A DNA stretch of 64,000 bases from Negaprion brevirostris (lineage: Eukaryota): positions 38,031,182 through 38,095,181 of the forward strand of contig JARDVH010000059.1 in the NCBI GenBank assembly GCA_030324005.1. The letters run 5' to 3'. Made by a program: the position numbers and the translations under genes. The notes under the pieces are model-generated. The model was not told the origin of the DNA. It worked only from the letters and a program-made list of their open reading frames with translations, and made no database searches. Numbering within the stretch: position 1 is the stretch's first letter; every line of letters begins with the position of its first letter. Shown here one piece after another: positions 39,626-50,914 of the stretch.

Positions 39626-42600
39626 TCAAAACATTGCTGCCAATATCCTACCTTGCACGAGTTGCTCTCCCATCATAGCTATCCTTGTTGGTTGTGAACC
39701 TTGGTCCTTCAATGTCTAAAATTTAAAATTCATATCCATGTTTAAATTTCAACATGGTTTTCCTCCATCTTCCTTCTGCCTTTCAAGTTCTGGTCCCTCA
39801 AAAACTCCATTCTGCTACTCTGGTTTCTTGTGCACTGCCATTCCTTTGCCCCACCATTAGGAGCTGCACCTTAATTTGTCAAGAGTCGTCCCTCAGGAAT
39901 TGTCTACCTAAACATCTCTGTACCTCCCTCAGCTCCTTTAAAATCAACCTTNNNNNNNNNNNNNNNNNNNNNNNNNNNNNNNNNNNNNNNNNNNNNNNNN
40001 NNNNNNNNNNNNNNNNNNNNNNNNNNNNNNNNNNNGCTGATATTTTATTGTTGCAATATTAATTGGGTGCAGGGTGACATAGTCCTCCAAAGGATTCTGA
40101 AATAGAGTGGAAGGCCCTCAGAACAGCCTTTTGTGTAAATAAATGAGACTATGATCAGCTGATTGCAACAGAGCCCTTTGTCTACGTGGCCTATTTACCT
40201 TCTTTAATCCTGGATTTATATTACGTCACTGCCACCCGTGGGCTGTCTCTATGCTACTGGCCGTGCTGTAATCTAACAGGTGCCATTAGTGCCTATGGTA
40301 ACATGGCAACTCATCACAGGAGGTCCCTTTTATCGCTTATGCTGCCAGCACAAATTATAACCAGTCATGGGTCGTCAACTATTTTATTTTCATTGCTGAC
40401 CTGGGCAGTGTGTCCTCTAACATCAGATTTATGATCAGAAAACTGAAAGGTCAACTGCAACATTTAAATGGCAATGAATGTACGGGTTGTCTTTGTGTTT
40501 CGCTACTGCTGCGAAGTCCATACTGTAGGCGGTATGAACTGGCTGGATTGCAGACCATCAGGGGCTGAACCATGTGGAAAGGAGAGTTTGAGATTCTGTT
40601 TTCGTCACTTTAAGGGAAAATCCTCGCCCCTTTTTTCATGTTAAAACAGAAATTAATTTCTCCATTTCAAACATTCTTGTGCTGATCAAGCAATACATAT
40701 ATATAAAAATTAACCTAGCAGCAAACGTAAACTTTAAATACTTATGGACCCATCTTTACGGAAAATACGCTGAATTAAGAGTGTTAAGTGTAAAATAGAT
40801 TTTATTTGCTTTCTTCCTTACCATTTGTCTTGCCGTGGGTAATTATCATGCATGTAAGAATATTTTATTGACTCTGAATTTCACATGTTGGCAGTAAAAT
40901 GAAAAGGTTTAAAGGTTAGTAAATCAGATCCCTTTGCGTGCTGCATTCCGTAACGATAATGTTGCAGTTAAAGTATGTTCTTGTGGAATTTCTCACTAAT
41001 TAACTGACAAGCATGGCAGTATGAAGTGGTGATCCTTTCTTTGTAGCACTCAATGGTTTTCTGCAGGGAATTATCCTGGCTGGATTTCTGAAGGGCATGT
41101 GTGCAGAATAGCAATGACATGCTTTGTAAATACAGTAGCACTGTGTAGATGGTGTATATCGCCGAGATGCAAATTCATTATCCTGCCGTTTAAAGCATTC
41201 AATGTTTGTGCCTGTACTAAATAAAGGAAAGAAATTGATTTACAGAGCCCGGTGTGCAAATTTTATGCATGTCTCTTTGGTTGTACGTAATAAGAATGTG
41301 GATTCCTTTGATCATTATTTCCATTGTTTGAGGCATACAGGTGAAGTTGTGTGACTATTACTGTATTTGAGTTCTGTTTATTACTGTTAAAGGTTGGTGC
41401 ATGATGTCACTTGAGAGTTTTATGCTCGGGCAGTGCTATTCTGCTGCTGCCATACAAATGCTGCAGTCTTCGGGAGCCAGCGCATACTTTTTCAAGGTTT
41501 TTTTCATGTTTTTAAACAGTGTTTTTCCAACTTGATAACGTGTCTTCCTTGCTTTTTTTTATCCCCCTTTCATGTTCGAGGCTTGCCTCCAATTACAACC
41601 GTACCATCAGAGCCACTGTCGTTGCATAAATGGCACGGTTGATGCCAGAGAAAATCACACCCTGCCTCTGAAAGCGAAATACCAATGGCTGTAAAGAGAT
41701 AAATATTATTCATTGGTAGTGGACCGATGTTAGCCCGGATAGGCTGAGAGTTCATTCTGCCTCTTCCGCTGCTAATAACAATAATCAGTAGCCTAAATGA
41801 TGATGCTGAATATGATTTTGTAGCAACTATGTTTGTCTAATTCTGATGTTTCTGAATCTGCTCCGCATATAAGCAGGGTAATTTCTGAAGCTACAGCTAG
41901 CTCACNNNNNNNNNNNNNNNNNNNNNNNNNNNNNNNNNNNNNNNNNNGTACAAGGCGAAGCAGTCATATCTGGTTACTGCACGTAAACAAAAAACAAAAG
42001 TGATATGGGCTTCCCTGTTCGTCCCATTGATAAATGCACTGGTTAGTGTGGTGCTGAGCTGGTAAATGCTGAGTTTAATTTTCTATGCTCGGCTGACAAA
42101 ATTCAACCAAAATTCGGCGTTGAAATGACTTTAACATCCATGAGTTGAGTGGGGTGAAATTTGTCTCGATTGTGATTGCAGCGACCACTGCTGGGAAGTG
42201 TGTGCATGGGGTGAAAACACAATTAGGCTCAACTACATTTGCCCTAAGTCTCATGTGAAGAGCACATGGGCAAGGTGCTTTAAGACAGTGGTACGTGTGT
42301 AAACATATCTGAGCTTGATTCAATACCTTCAGGAAAGCAATGGATCATAATTAGTGGGGAAGGAGTTGCAGTTCTCTAAACTTAAATTTCTCTTCTGAAT
42401 ATTCGGTTGTAAAATTTTCTGTTGTGAACCTAGTACAGCTTTAAAGATCTTCTTTTATACAATTTTCCTTGTGAACTTTAAACTCCAGTTTCATGTTTTG
42501 TAGTGTACTAATGATAGTGTAGGAATCTCTTCTCCCCCCCCCTCCCCCATGCACAGCCTGGTTCCTGTCTCTGTGGTTGGTAGGAACCAGGGGTGAAGAA

Positions 42601-43222
42601 CAGAGGTCAGTGCCATTTGTATAGAAAACACGTGATCGCAGGGTTTGATGTGCAAGAGAGAAGTGACAAAACTCTTTAAAATTGATCTTGTTTTGCAACA
42701 TGTTTGGTAGTAGCCAAGAGTTAACAATGAGTTTTAAAAGTAGGAAAGGGATACTGCAGTTTAAGTGTATAGATTATTTCAGCATATAAACTTTCAAAAT
42801 TTGTTCTGTAGCTACACACATTTCAGAGCAGCTAAGTTTATAGGAAATAAGTTTATACTTAGTTGCAGATGTTTAGAATAATGGCCATTGACAGCTTGCC
42901 ATTATACACTTAACAGCTTCAATGGATTAGCTGGGCGTTTCTTACACAGTCATTGAGGGATTAGTCTGACCTTCCTTGACCCCTGGTTTAGCATTATGCA
43001 AGACTCAGGGTTTTATACTACACAATAGAGACATTCAGCACCTCATTACTCTGAATATTCAAGCTGAATGGGCCCTTTTGCACATCATTACCTAAGAAAG
43101 CAGGTTTTGGGTGTGTTTCTGAAGTGGGGGCTGGCCTTTGGAGGTAGTCTGATTTAAAAGAGCAAGTCAGGGCTCTAGATTATTCAGTGTAAAGTTTAGT
43201 TGCTGAACAGTTCAGTTACACC

Positions 43223-43911
43223 ATGGAATCCACAAGAAAAAAACAGAAGGAACTTACCTTATCTGAGAAGATTCAAGTTCTCGAATTGCTTCAGAGGCAA
43301 AAGATCTCCCAGATGGAACTGGCAAAGCGTTTTGGTGTTACACAGCCTGTCATCTCCAGGCTAATCAAGAACAAGGAAAAAGTCTTGATGGAGTGGCACA
43401 ATAACAGCAATCCAGATCGTAAACGTAAAAGGGAAGGAAGGGATAGTGATGTGGATACAGCCCTCTTACAGTGGTTCCAGATTGCCAGAGCACAACATGT
43501 ACTTGTCTCAGATGAAGTCTTGGCTGCAAAGGCCAAAGGCCTGGCGGATGCTATGCAGATCAGGAATTTTGTTCCAACTGTTGGCTGGATCAACAGGTGG
43601 AAGGCTCGGCACGGTGCCTTTTTGCAACAAGTACATGGGGAAACTGATGGCAGAGGTCAGTCATTGGGCAGTACATCACAAGAGGTTGTGCCACCAGAAG
43701 GAATGACTGAAGAGGAATTTCATCAGTATGTGGAGCAAGCTGCTATTAAGGTATGTGTTTGGGACATGACTGATCAGGAACCAGGAAACACCATAAAAGC
43801 AATTACAAAGTCAGAAGCTATTGACGTTGAGGAAGAGAAAATGATGCCGGCCTTTAAGATGGCAAGAGGAAGTAACGGCCAACTAACACCTTCATCGAAC
43901 CAGTATAACAT
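43223..43911 (+). CDS. Exon 1 of a predicted chimeric gene: pogo/Tigger (CENP-B/TIGD-type) HTH_psq-like plus Tc5-type HTH domains, no DDE domain
   Basis: Intact 230-codon ORF with strong Kozak ACCATGG; LTLSEKIQVLELL..SQMELAKRFGVTQPVISRLIKNKEK, RKRKR, VDTALLQWF..R, LAAKAKGLA, F.PTVGWINRWKARHG; donor AT|GTAAGT (phase 2). Confidence 0.85.
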
Positions 43912-45250
43912 GTAAGTTTACCACTTTTCAATTTTTATTGACTACTTTTTAAATAATTTACTAGAAATTTAAGGAAAAGGTTATTCTGACTCTGCTAAAT
44001 TCTAGTTTTTTTTGTTCTCCTTGGTTAAACAGTTCACCATCTCTCTTCTGTACTGCTGATATTTATGTTTAAAGATGCTGTGTAGCAGCTTGGCTCAATT
44101 GGTTGCTGTAAGAACATTGTAGATTCAAGGACTATTTTAGATTTGAACATCTTAACCTGAATTGACACTCAATGCAGTACCCTCACTGTATTGCATGGTT
44201 GAAGATGCCATCTTCTGAACAAGCCAGTACATCAAGGCGTGTGTGTCTTCTCAAATAGATATTAGAGATCTAATGGCATTATTGTAAGAGTCTGGAAACT
44301 CTCCGCGGGGGGGGGGGGGGGGGGGGCGGGNNNNNNNNNNNNNNNNNNNNNNNNNNNNNNNNNNNNNNNNNNNNNNNNNNNNNNNNNNNNNNNNNNNNNN
44401 NNNNNNNNNNNNNNNNNNNNNNNNNNNNNNNNNNNNNNNNNNNNNNNNNNNNNNNNNNNNNNNNNNNNNNNNNNNNNNNNNNNNNNNNNNNNNNNNNNNN
44501 NNNNNNNNNNNNNNNNNNNNNNNNNNNNNNNNNNNNNNNNNNNNNNNNNNNNNNNNNNNNNNNNNNNNNNNNNNNNNNNNNNNNNNNNNNNNNNNNNNNN
44601 NNNNNNNNNNNNNNNNNNNNNNNNNNNNNNNNNNNNNNNNNNNNNNNNNNNNNNNNNNNNNNNNNNNNNNNNNNNNNNNNNNNNNNNNNNNNNNNNNNNN
44701 NNNNNNNNNNNNNNNNNNNNNNNNNNNNNNNNNNNNNNNNNNNNNNNNNNNNNNNNNNNNNNNNNNNNNNNNNNNNNNNNNNNNNNNNNNNNNNNNNNNN
44801 NNNNNNNNTGCCTGGAGTACTGGTCCCCAGTGTGCTGCCAGATACAGACATCCTGCCTCCTAAACTGGCCCTCCTCTGCCTCTGAGGACTTGAAGGTTGA
44901 CTGGAAAATTCCTGTCTGCCTGCTGCATGCAGATGAGTACTCCTGCTGGACCTTTATCCCTACTCTGCAAAAATGGCCCAGAGGTGGGATGTAATTGGGG
45001 AACTGGCCAGTGGGGCTATTTTTAACTCCAGCCTTCCTCCGATTCCTCTGAGCCTTCCTCAGCTCTGGCAGAAGGTGAAAATCCAATCCCAATAGTTGAA
45101 CCCTGAATTGTTCTTTCTCTTGGTTCAAGGGCACTAATGCCAGTTATAATATCACATGCATAAGAAATGCTACAAGCATGAGTTAAATTGACTAATTCTG
45201 ATAAGAAGAATGTTGGCCAAGCTACTAGGTGAACTCCATTACATCAAGTA

Positions 45251-45402
45251 CATTAACAAGCCTCACAACACCAGATTAAACAGGTTTATTTGGTAGCACA
45301 AGCTTTTGGAGCACTGCCCCTTCATTAGGTGAATACCAAATAAACTTGGACTTTAACCTGATGTTGTAAGAGTACTGCGCCTACCCCAGTCCATATCATG
45401 GC
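45251..45402. mobile_element. Palindromic Penelope-type short insertion with 12-bp target-site duplication
   Basis: CTCACAACACCAGATTAAA..TTTAACCTGATGTTGTAAG; TTACATCAAGTA at 45239-45250 and 45403-45414. Confidence 0.7.
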
Positions 45403-46878
45403 TTACATCAAGTAGTGCAACACCCAAGGAAACAAGGCCTCAGTACCCCACTTAAAGGATGGCACTGAACAACAATGGATTACAACATTTACAACTCTCT
45501 CGTTGCTGCATTGGACTGTTAGCAAGTGTCGTGCACTTAAGTCAGGAAGACAAATGAACACAATCGTCTACATCAGAGACAAGAGTGTGTTCTGTACTTT
45601 CCTGTTCTAAAATTTGGCCTCAATTATTTCTCATTCCCATCTCTCCTGAAGATGTAATAGTGTTGCTCAGGACTCTTTCCATGGGTGTCAGTCACCCTTG
45701 GTTATGTTTCCCAAGTGAGCCTTAACTGCAAATATTTGTTGGCTTCTTGACCACTGTTACAATCTCCATAGAAACAGATAACTTTTAAAGAGAAGTTTGA
45801 ACTTCCAGTTGATTTGAAGTCAAGGTTTCACAATTTAAAAAATACTTTTTACCAAATGCTTTTGTAAACAATTCATTCTTCAAATTCCAGAAAAGAGATT
45901 CCCCATTTTTAACTTTTAGCATAACTAACGATCTCATTCTATGGCTATGCAGTATCCCCAGACTGGTCTAAAATTATTCTCAGCTCTTGATGACTGGGTT
46001 GCTTCCTTTTTACTTTCCCAAACAAGTAATTTCCAATCACAGAACTGACTTTAACTGTGAAGGTTGCGCTGGAGATTCTTTCATNNNNNNNNNNAAATCC
46101 TTACAAATTCAATCTCTTCAATCTGAAGCACATGTTTCCACCTGCATTCAGCATGGTGAACCTTAGAGTCAGCATTTTTTCTGTATCATGTGCAGGACTC
46201 ACTGCTGACATGTGATATTCATGGATTTGTTGAGAAGCCTGTAGCCTGATCTCAAAAATGGCTTCCTCTGTCCTCTTCCCCATTGGTAACATGAAACATA
46301 ACTTTGTATGTAGATAGAAATGCTAATTAGCTATCTTTTAATCAACTTTTTTTCATCTTACAAATAAATGAATGGTTAGTTTACAGCACAACTGCTTACA
46401 TCCAATATCTTTTGGGACTTTGGGAGATTCAGAGTCTACTCATGCTACACTCCGACTACTGCCATTGTCTCTAAGCAGAAATATCTTGTACCACCTCCTC
46501 AGTAAAACCATCCTAGCTATACTTTATAAACTTCAGAATGGTAACACCACAAAGTCGAATCCAATTTGCTCATGCATAGACTTGCACTTCTAACAGAGGT
46601 CATCATTTGATGATCAGGAGTGTGAGTCCCTGTGCTTATTTTCCCTCCAGTCATTGAAGTTAGTTGTAGACCTTAGCTAAATGAATTCAGCCAAAATTGG
46701 GGAATTGAACCTCCCTGTACTGTATGACTCCGTTAATTGCTGCTAAAATGTTATTGTCATCAGGAAAACCATTTTGTCCACCAATAATCAAAAACATATG
46801 TATTTTTGGAACACAATTTATTTGCAATAAATTATTGAGAAATTGTGGAACTAATATATTTATTCAACTTTTATACAG

Positions 46879-47434
46879 ACCACATGGAAGAAATTCTGCT
46901 TCAAGAAAGGATATTTGCATGGAAATGCCTAGCAGTTCTTATTCACAGCCTGGAACTTCAGGCTACCAGTCCTATTCATTCCCCAGGTGGGTAAGCCCAG
47001 AGGTAGGACGAAAGCGAAGTGAAGGAAAGTCTCTGTTAACTGCTCAGCCACAGCTGAGGAACAGCTTTGAGGGACTGGACAAGGCAGAGACTCATCTTCT
47101 TACAGATGTGTCTTTTTCTCCACCTTGTGCTAGATTACCCTCCACATCATCCCCTAGACCTCTTACAAGGGATGACCTTTTATTTCTGCAGCAGCACCAG
47201 GCAAGCATCCCACGCTATGGGACCAGGAATGAGAATGACATGCCAGCAACATCCTCAGAGGAACAAGAGCTTATCCTGGAAAACCAAAGAAAATTTGGAT
47301 TGTATCTTGATGAGAAAAGGGAAAGCCTTAAAAGATTACATGCGCTGGAGGAAGAACTGCTCAGGGCAAAAATCGAAGTTGAACAGTTAAAAGCATTACG
47401 ACTACGAGAATTGTCAGTGCTTAAGGACCCCTAA
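46879..47434 (+). CDS. Exon 2 of the predicted chimeric gene: duplicated FSBP-like terminal exon; spliced product 414 aa
   Basis: Acceptor CTTTTATACAG|A in phase 2 at the position homologous to the FSBP acceptor; shares QPGTSGYQS, SPRP..R.D.LF and ENQRKFGLYLDEKRESLKR..ALEE.LLRAKI.VE.LKA.RL with 24192-24771; no stops or frameshifts. Confidence 0.87.
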
Positions 47435-48642
47435 ATGTAGAATTTTCGATGTTTGCCAACTCAGCTCAGTTTTTGATCTGTACTGTGATTTTTTCACAGC
47501 ATGAAATGAGCACTGTTGACACAAGAAATGAATTTCTGTGGGATTCTCCCATTTTAACTGTGATGAAAGAACCATGGATACCTCCCAAGAAAGCTGACCA
47601 CCATTTGTAGATGGATGTATGATGGCAACATTTAACTTAAGACTAGGAACTGGTCTCTGGTGATTGTTCAGTGGATAAATACAGCATGGTATATAAGATT
47701 GGGTCAAACAGATTGAATATTTGGTTTGATCTTGACATTGAGTTAATTGATGTAAATTTGGAAAGCAATGGGGCCAATTGGCCTTGGGCTAAGAAGAGGA
47801 AAAATTGACTACCGTCCCCTTTCATGATCACCATTATGGTTACTCTGCTAGAAACTATTTCAGTGAACATTAAATGCCTAATATTCTAAATGTTCCATTC
47901 TAACTCTTAGAAACAAAGTGCAGAACTGTGATAAAATATGGTTCATTGGCTGGTGTCTAGAAAATGACACCATTCTATGATATTTGTGATAACGCTATCT
48001 AATTTTTTGATGCAATTAGTCCCACTGCCTGCTTTGTCAGTCCAATCCATACATTCATAATCATCTTGTGTAAAGTAGCAATTTGTCCAATTTGAATAAC
48101 ATCTGCCACTTGTCAGCCCCGACTTTCTAAACTGACTACGTGAGGAGGATTTTTGATCTTTCTGTTGTTTGAAGTTCGTTCCAGTTTGCCATCAAATTGT
48201 TTTTGTTAACCCAGTAGTTAACCCTATAATTTAAACAAAATAATGTCTGTGTTTAGGTTGCACTGGAAGGAATTTTACAGGGATGTGTTTAAACATTGGA
48301 TAACAAAAGAAACTTAACTGCCACCCAAGTACAAGAACAGCTCAGCAATTATATTTTTATGGTTGAATAGCCTGCTGTAAGTCATTATTCTAGTCTCATA
48401 ATGTGAAGAATGACAAAATGGCCACAAGCTTCCTTTNNNNNNNNNNNNNNNNNNNNNNNNNNNNNNNNNNNNNNNNNNNNNNNNNNNNNNNNNNNNNNNN
48501 NNNNNNNNNNNNNNNNNNNNNNNNNNNNNNNNNNNNNNNNNNNNNNNNNNNNNNNNNNNNNNNNNNNNNNNNNNNNNNNNNNNNNNNNNNNNNNNNNNNN
48601 NNNNNNNNNNNNNNNNNNNNNNNNNNNNNNNNNNNNNNNNNN

Positions 48643-50914
48643 CAGCCTAGTGAACCTCCTCTGCACTCCCTCCAAGGTCAAAATATCCTTGCGCAAGTGC
48701 GGCGACCAAAACTGCACACCGTACTCCAGCTGCGGCCTCATAATGTGATACGAAATAGCAAAGGAAAGAAGTCACTGGAACAATTTATATCCTCCTCCTC
48801 TAACAGAAGCTGCGTAATAAGACAGAGTATACATCATAAAATAATCTGGGCTTGCAAGGAAGATATTTCAAAAATTGTGGGACTTTAATCTTCACATTGA
48901 TTGGTCAAATCAAATTGGCCATGATAGCTTGGAGGGTGAGTTCATAAATTGTATTTGGGATTGTTCCTTAGAACAAGACATTTTGGAACTTACCAGGGGC
49001 TATTCTAGTTTGGACCTGGAATTGTGTGAAGCAGGATTAATTAAGAGCCTCATAGTAAAGGATCCTCTGTGCAAGAGTGATCATAACAATATGGGATTTC
49101 TCATTCAACTTGAGAGTCAGAAATTTGGCTCCATAACTTGTGTCTTAAGTATTACTAAAGGCAATTATACAGATAAGGAGATAGAGTTAGCTAGAATGGA
49201 CTGGGTAACTAGATTAAAAGGGCAAATGATAGAGAAGCAGTGCAGATATTTATGTAGATATTTCATAGCTCACAACAAAGATATATTCCATTCAAGAAGA
49301 GAGAATTTTTGGAAGGATGCACCATTCATGGCTAAGTAACTTAAGGGCAGTATCAAACTCGTAGAGCAGATGATTGGGAAAAATTTAGAAACCAGCAAAG
49401 GATGATGAAGAAGATTAGAAGAGGGAGAATTGAAGTCAGAGAGAAAACTAACGAGAAGTATAAAAACATACAAACATAGGAAATAGGATGGCTATAGATA
49501 GGTTGAGTGAGTGGTCAAAAATCTGGCAGATGGAGTACAATGTGGGGAAATATGAAATTGTTAACTTTGGCAGGAGGAATAAAAAGGCAGAATATTACTT
49601 AGGAAATGGCTGCAGAATTCCAAAGTGCAGAGGAAGCTGGTATCCTTGACGATGAGTCATAAAAAGTTAATATACAGGTACCACAAATCATTAAGACTGC
49701 TAATGGAATACTATCCTTTATTATGAGAGGAATTAAACCTAAAGATAAATCTGTTATGCTTCAGTTACACAGGGCATTGATAAGACCACATCTTGAATAT
49801 TATTCAGAGAAAGTTTACCAGATTGATACCTTGAATAAACAGGTTATCATATGAGGGAAAATTGGACAGATTGTTTCAGGTTCATTTCCACTGGAGCTTA
49901 GGAATTGAGAGGGTGACTGAAGCATACAAGCAACCTCTAATGTGACACTTTATAAGAACGTTTGCTGTGACGGGATGATAAATTAGTATAGGTAGATGAC
50001 TTGCTAACTAACAGGAAACAGAGGTTCTAAATAAATGGGTCTTTTTCATTGGGAACTTATAACTAGTGGAATACCGCAGGGATCAGTGCTCAATTTTTCA
50101 GGATCTTGTTAATGATTTGATTGTAGTCAAATTTGCTAATGATATGAAAATGGATAGGAAAGCAAATTATGAGGATTATAGAGAGTCTGCATAGAGATAT
50201 AGATAGGTTAAGTGAATGGGCAAAAACTTAGCAGATAGAATATAATATGGGCAAATGTGAGCTTGTTCACTTTGGCAGGAAGAATAGAAAGGCAGTGTAT
50301 TATTTAAATGGAAAGAGATTGCAAAATGCTGCAGTACAGAGGGACCTTAGTGTCCTTTAGTCAAATCAAAAAGTCAGCATGTAGGTACAGGAAGAAATTG
50401 AGAAGGCAGATGGAATTTTGGCCATAGGGTGGAATGGAGTTTTAATGTCAGGAAGTCTTGTTACAACTGTACATCGGTGGGATGATCACACCTGGAACTA
50501 CCTTTTTTGGTCATATTTGGATCAGAGGCAGTTCAGAAAAAGTTAACTAGACCAATTCCTGGGATGAAGGGCTTGTATTGTGTGATAAAAGGTTGGGCAT
50601 ATACTCATTGGAGTTTAGAAGAAGGAGGCGATCTTACTGAAAGATATCGGTTTCTGAGGGGACCTGACAGGTTAGATGCTATGAGGACATTTTCCCTCAA
50701 GGTGTAATATAGAACTTGGGGCACAGATTTTTTTTTAAAAAATCTCCCATTTAAGATGAACATAAGAACATAAGAAATAGGAGCAGGGGTAGGCCATCTA
50801 GCCCTTCGAGCCTGCCATTGCCATTCAATAAGATCATGAAGTGGATCAGTTCCACTTTCCCGTTTTCTCCCCATAACCCTTAATTCCCTTGTCTATCAAA
50901 AACCTATCTACCCG
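48643..50914. mobile_element. Cluster of CR1 LINE fragments (- 48643-48745; + about 48770-50760; - young tail 50755-50914)
   Basis: [32 protein letters not shown]; DFNLHIDW..LEQ.ILE.TRG..LDL..SDHN endonuclease motifs; GGAATACCGCAGGGATCAGTGCT. Confidence 0.8.

Noticed and set aside
41797-41855. C-box ATGATGA and D-box CTGA suggesting a C/D snoRNA
   Set aside because: Only ~60 nt, no convincing terminal stem or recognisable guide
43250-43295. LTLSEKIQVLELL resembles the FSBP first helix (FTIYEKIDLLKLV)
   Set aside because: This pattern is typical of pogo/CENP-B first helices in their own right, so it is not evidence of homology to the Myb/SANT exon
44306-44330. Poly-G run as a G-quadruplex element
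   Set aside because: Abuts an assembly gap; length and sequence unreliable
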